Assembly (NCBI RefSeq): GCF_044704955.1
Contig: NC_091987.1
Coordinates: forward strand, 68,138,001-68,202,000
DNA from: Pristiophorus japonicus
Lineage: Eukaryota
Length of the DNA stretch: 64,000 nucleotides
Reading direction: 5' to 3'
The notes under the pieces were generated by a model that was not told where the DNA came from, did no database searches, and saw only the letters and a program-made list of their open reading frames with translations. The position numbers and the translations under genes were made by a program. Shown here piece by piece: positions 63,180-64,000 of this stretch (positions are counted from its first letter, which is position 1; the number at the start of each line of letters is the position of its first letter).

Positions 63180-63287
63180 CTCCCCGGTTTAATGTGACTT
63201 TACATTCTGAGAAGGCTCATGTATACCAAGGCGAGACTGTGGAGATGAACTGCACTGTTGACCTGTCTGAGATACCTAACAACTCAG
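63180..63287 (+). CDS. PTGFRN: PTGFRN exon 7, N-terminal part of Ig domain 6
   Basis: Acceptor ctctccag; APRFNVTLHSEKAHVYQGETVEMNCTVD; donor G|GTAATT; 108 nt. Confidence 0.88.
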
Positions 63288-64000
63288 GTAATTTAGAAAA
63301 GTTGTTGCAGGTCTATAATGGGCGCATACTATTTTCTCAAATAGGTTCTTCTAAAGGGCTCTTGGCTACAAGCAGGTTGCATTTGAAATCTTCAGGCAGC
63401 CATGGTGAGCTCTTCCACTTAACAGCTGTTGCTGTTCAGGAATCTGCTGTGGCTTCTATTGATACAGCATCTTTCCTCTTTCTAAAGTATATAAATTTGT
63501 GTTGTGTGTGTGTTTGGGGGGGGGTGGGGTGGCAGTGTACAATGAATAAAGACAACTTACTGAAGGAATAGTAATCTTCATTCTTCCAATGAAGTTCACC
63601 TACCTTTTTACTATAATCAGGAGCAAGAATAAAATTCTGAGTTCTATTATTAAAGTCCTGCATCAAAAATAAAAGAATGTTTGGAAAAAGTAGGTGAGGC
63701 AGTGTTGGGACAGAAAGTTCCAACTGTGATTTATTCTGCTGTGGCAGGGCTGATTGAAGTGAGTCTTGGCTCTGTTGAAGAGCAGAGCAAATGGAAATTT
63801 ATATAAAAATTTAGAAGTAGTAATTTTTTTAAAGAAAAAAGAAAACCCTGTTTTGTTTTCTAATTTGATCTCTGTTGGTTGAAAATGATTGGGAATAGAA
63901 TCTGGAATTAGTGATTGTATAGGATAGGGTATGGGGTGGGGGAAGATCTGATGGTATATTCTAAGAGATGGGAATCCTAAAAAATCAACATGGCCAAACT

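Larger units (their letters stand above)
15600..63287 (+). other. PTGFRN: Gene model (coding exons 1-7, 3' end beyond window): EWI-family Ig-superfamily membrane protein, prostaglandin F2 receptor negative regulator-like
   Basis: Seven exons join in frame at phase-1 GT-AG junctions (46, 366, 420, 387, 423, 414, 108 nt). They encode a signal peptide, five V-type Ig domains and the start of a sixth. Motifs IPCNVSDYxGPxEQNFDW, CxTPSTD and EW(V/I) match EWI-F as recalled; the short seventh exon fits PTGFRN structure as recalled. Confidence 0.88.

Noticed and set aside
15600-63287. IGSF8, IGSF3 or CD101 as gene identity
   Set aside because: At least six Ig domains excludes four-domain IGSF8. Motifs (IPCNVSDY, GNTFEMTC, FRFRLYRTQ) and the split sixth domain fit PTGFRN better. 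Not tested by search.
45398-63571. ORF-track starts and ends for the Ig ORFs as separate genes
   Set aside because: They extend into introns; splice sites define shorter exons of one gene.

Overview
This is vertebrate genomic DNA, most likely from a shark or other cartilaginous fish. That is inferred from the repeat set: CR1, L2 and RTE LINEs, Deu-domain tRNA SINEs, Penelope ends and Harbinger MITEs. The only host gene I can support is a + strand EWI-family Ig-superfamily gene, best matching PTGFRN (EWI-F/CD9P-1). It has a signal-peptide exon at 15600-15645, a ~29.8 kb first intron, five full V-type Ig exons and a 108-nt half-domain exon at 63180-63287, and it runs off the right end. All exons join in frame at phase-1 GT-AG junctions. 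The rest is mostly transposon-derived. There are two decayed PIF/Harbinger elements (transposase plus a convergent 3-exon Myb/SANT gene; one element is chimeric), a family of Harbinger-type MITEs including a four-level nest, an internally deleted Gypsy element with short LTRs, and many LINE/SINE fragments. Most notable: a candidate alternative signal-peptide first exon inside intron 1, a Penelope-type minimal hammerhead ribozyme, an RTE insertion with a ~180-bp target-site duplication, a CR1 with an internal inversion, a 25-bp microinversion between sister LTRs, a 112-bp-arm foldback, and inverted CR1 copies bracketing exon 2. I found no evidence of a wholly new system; these are hypotheses read by eye without database searches.
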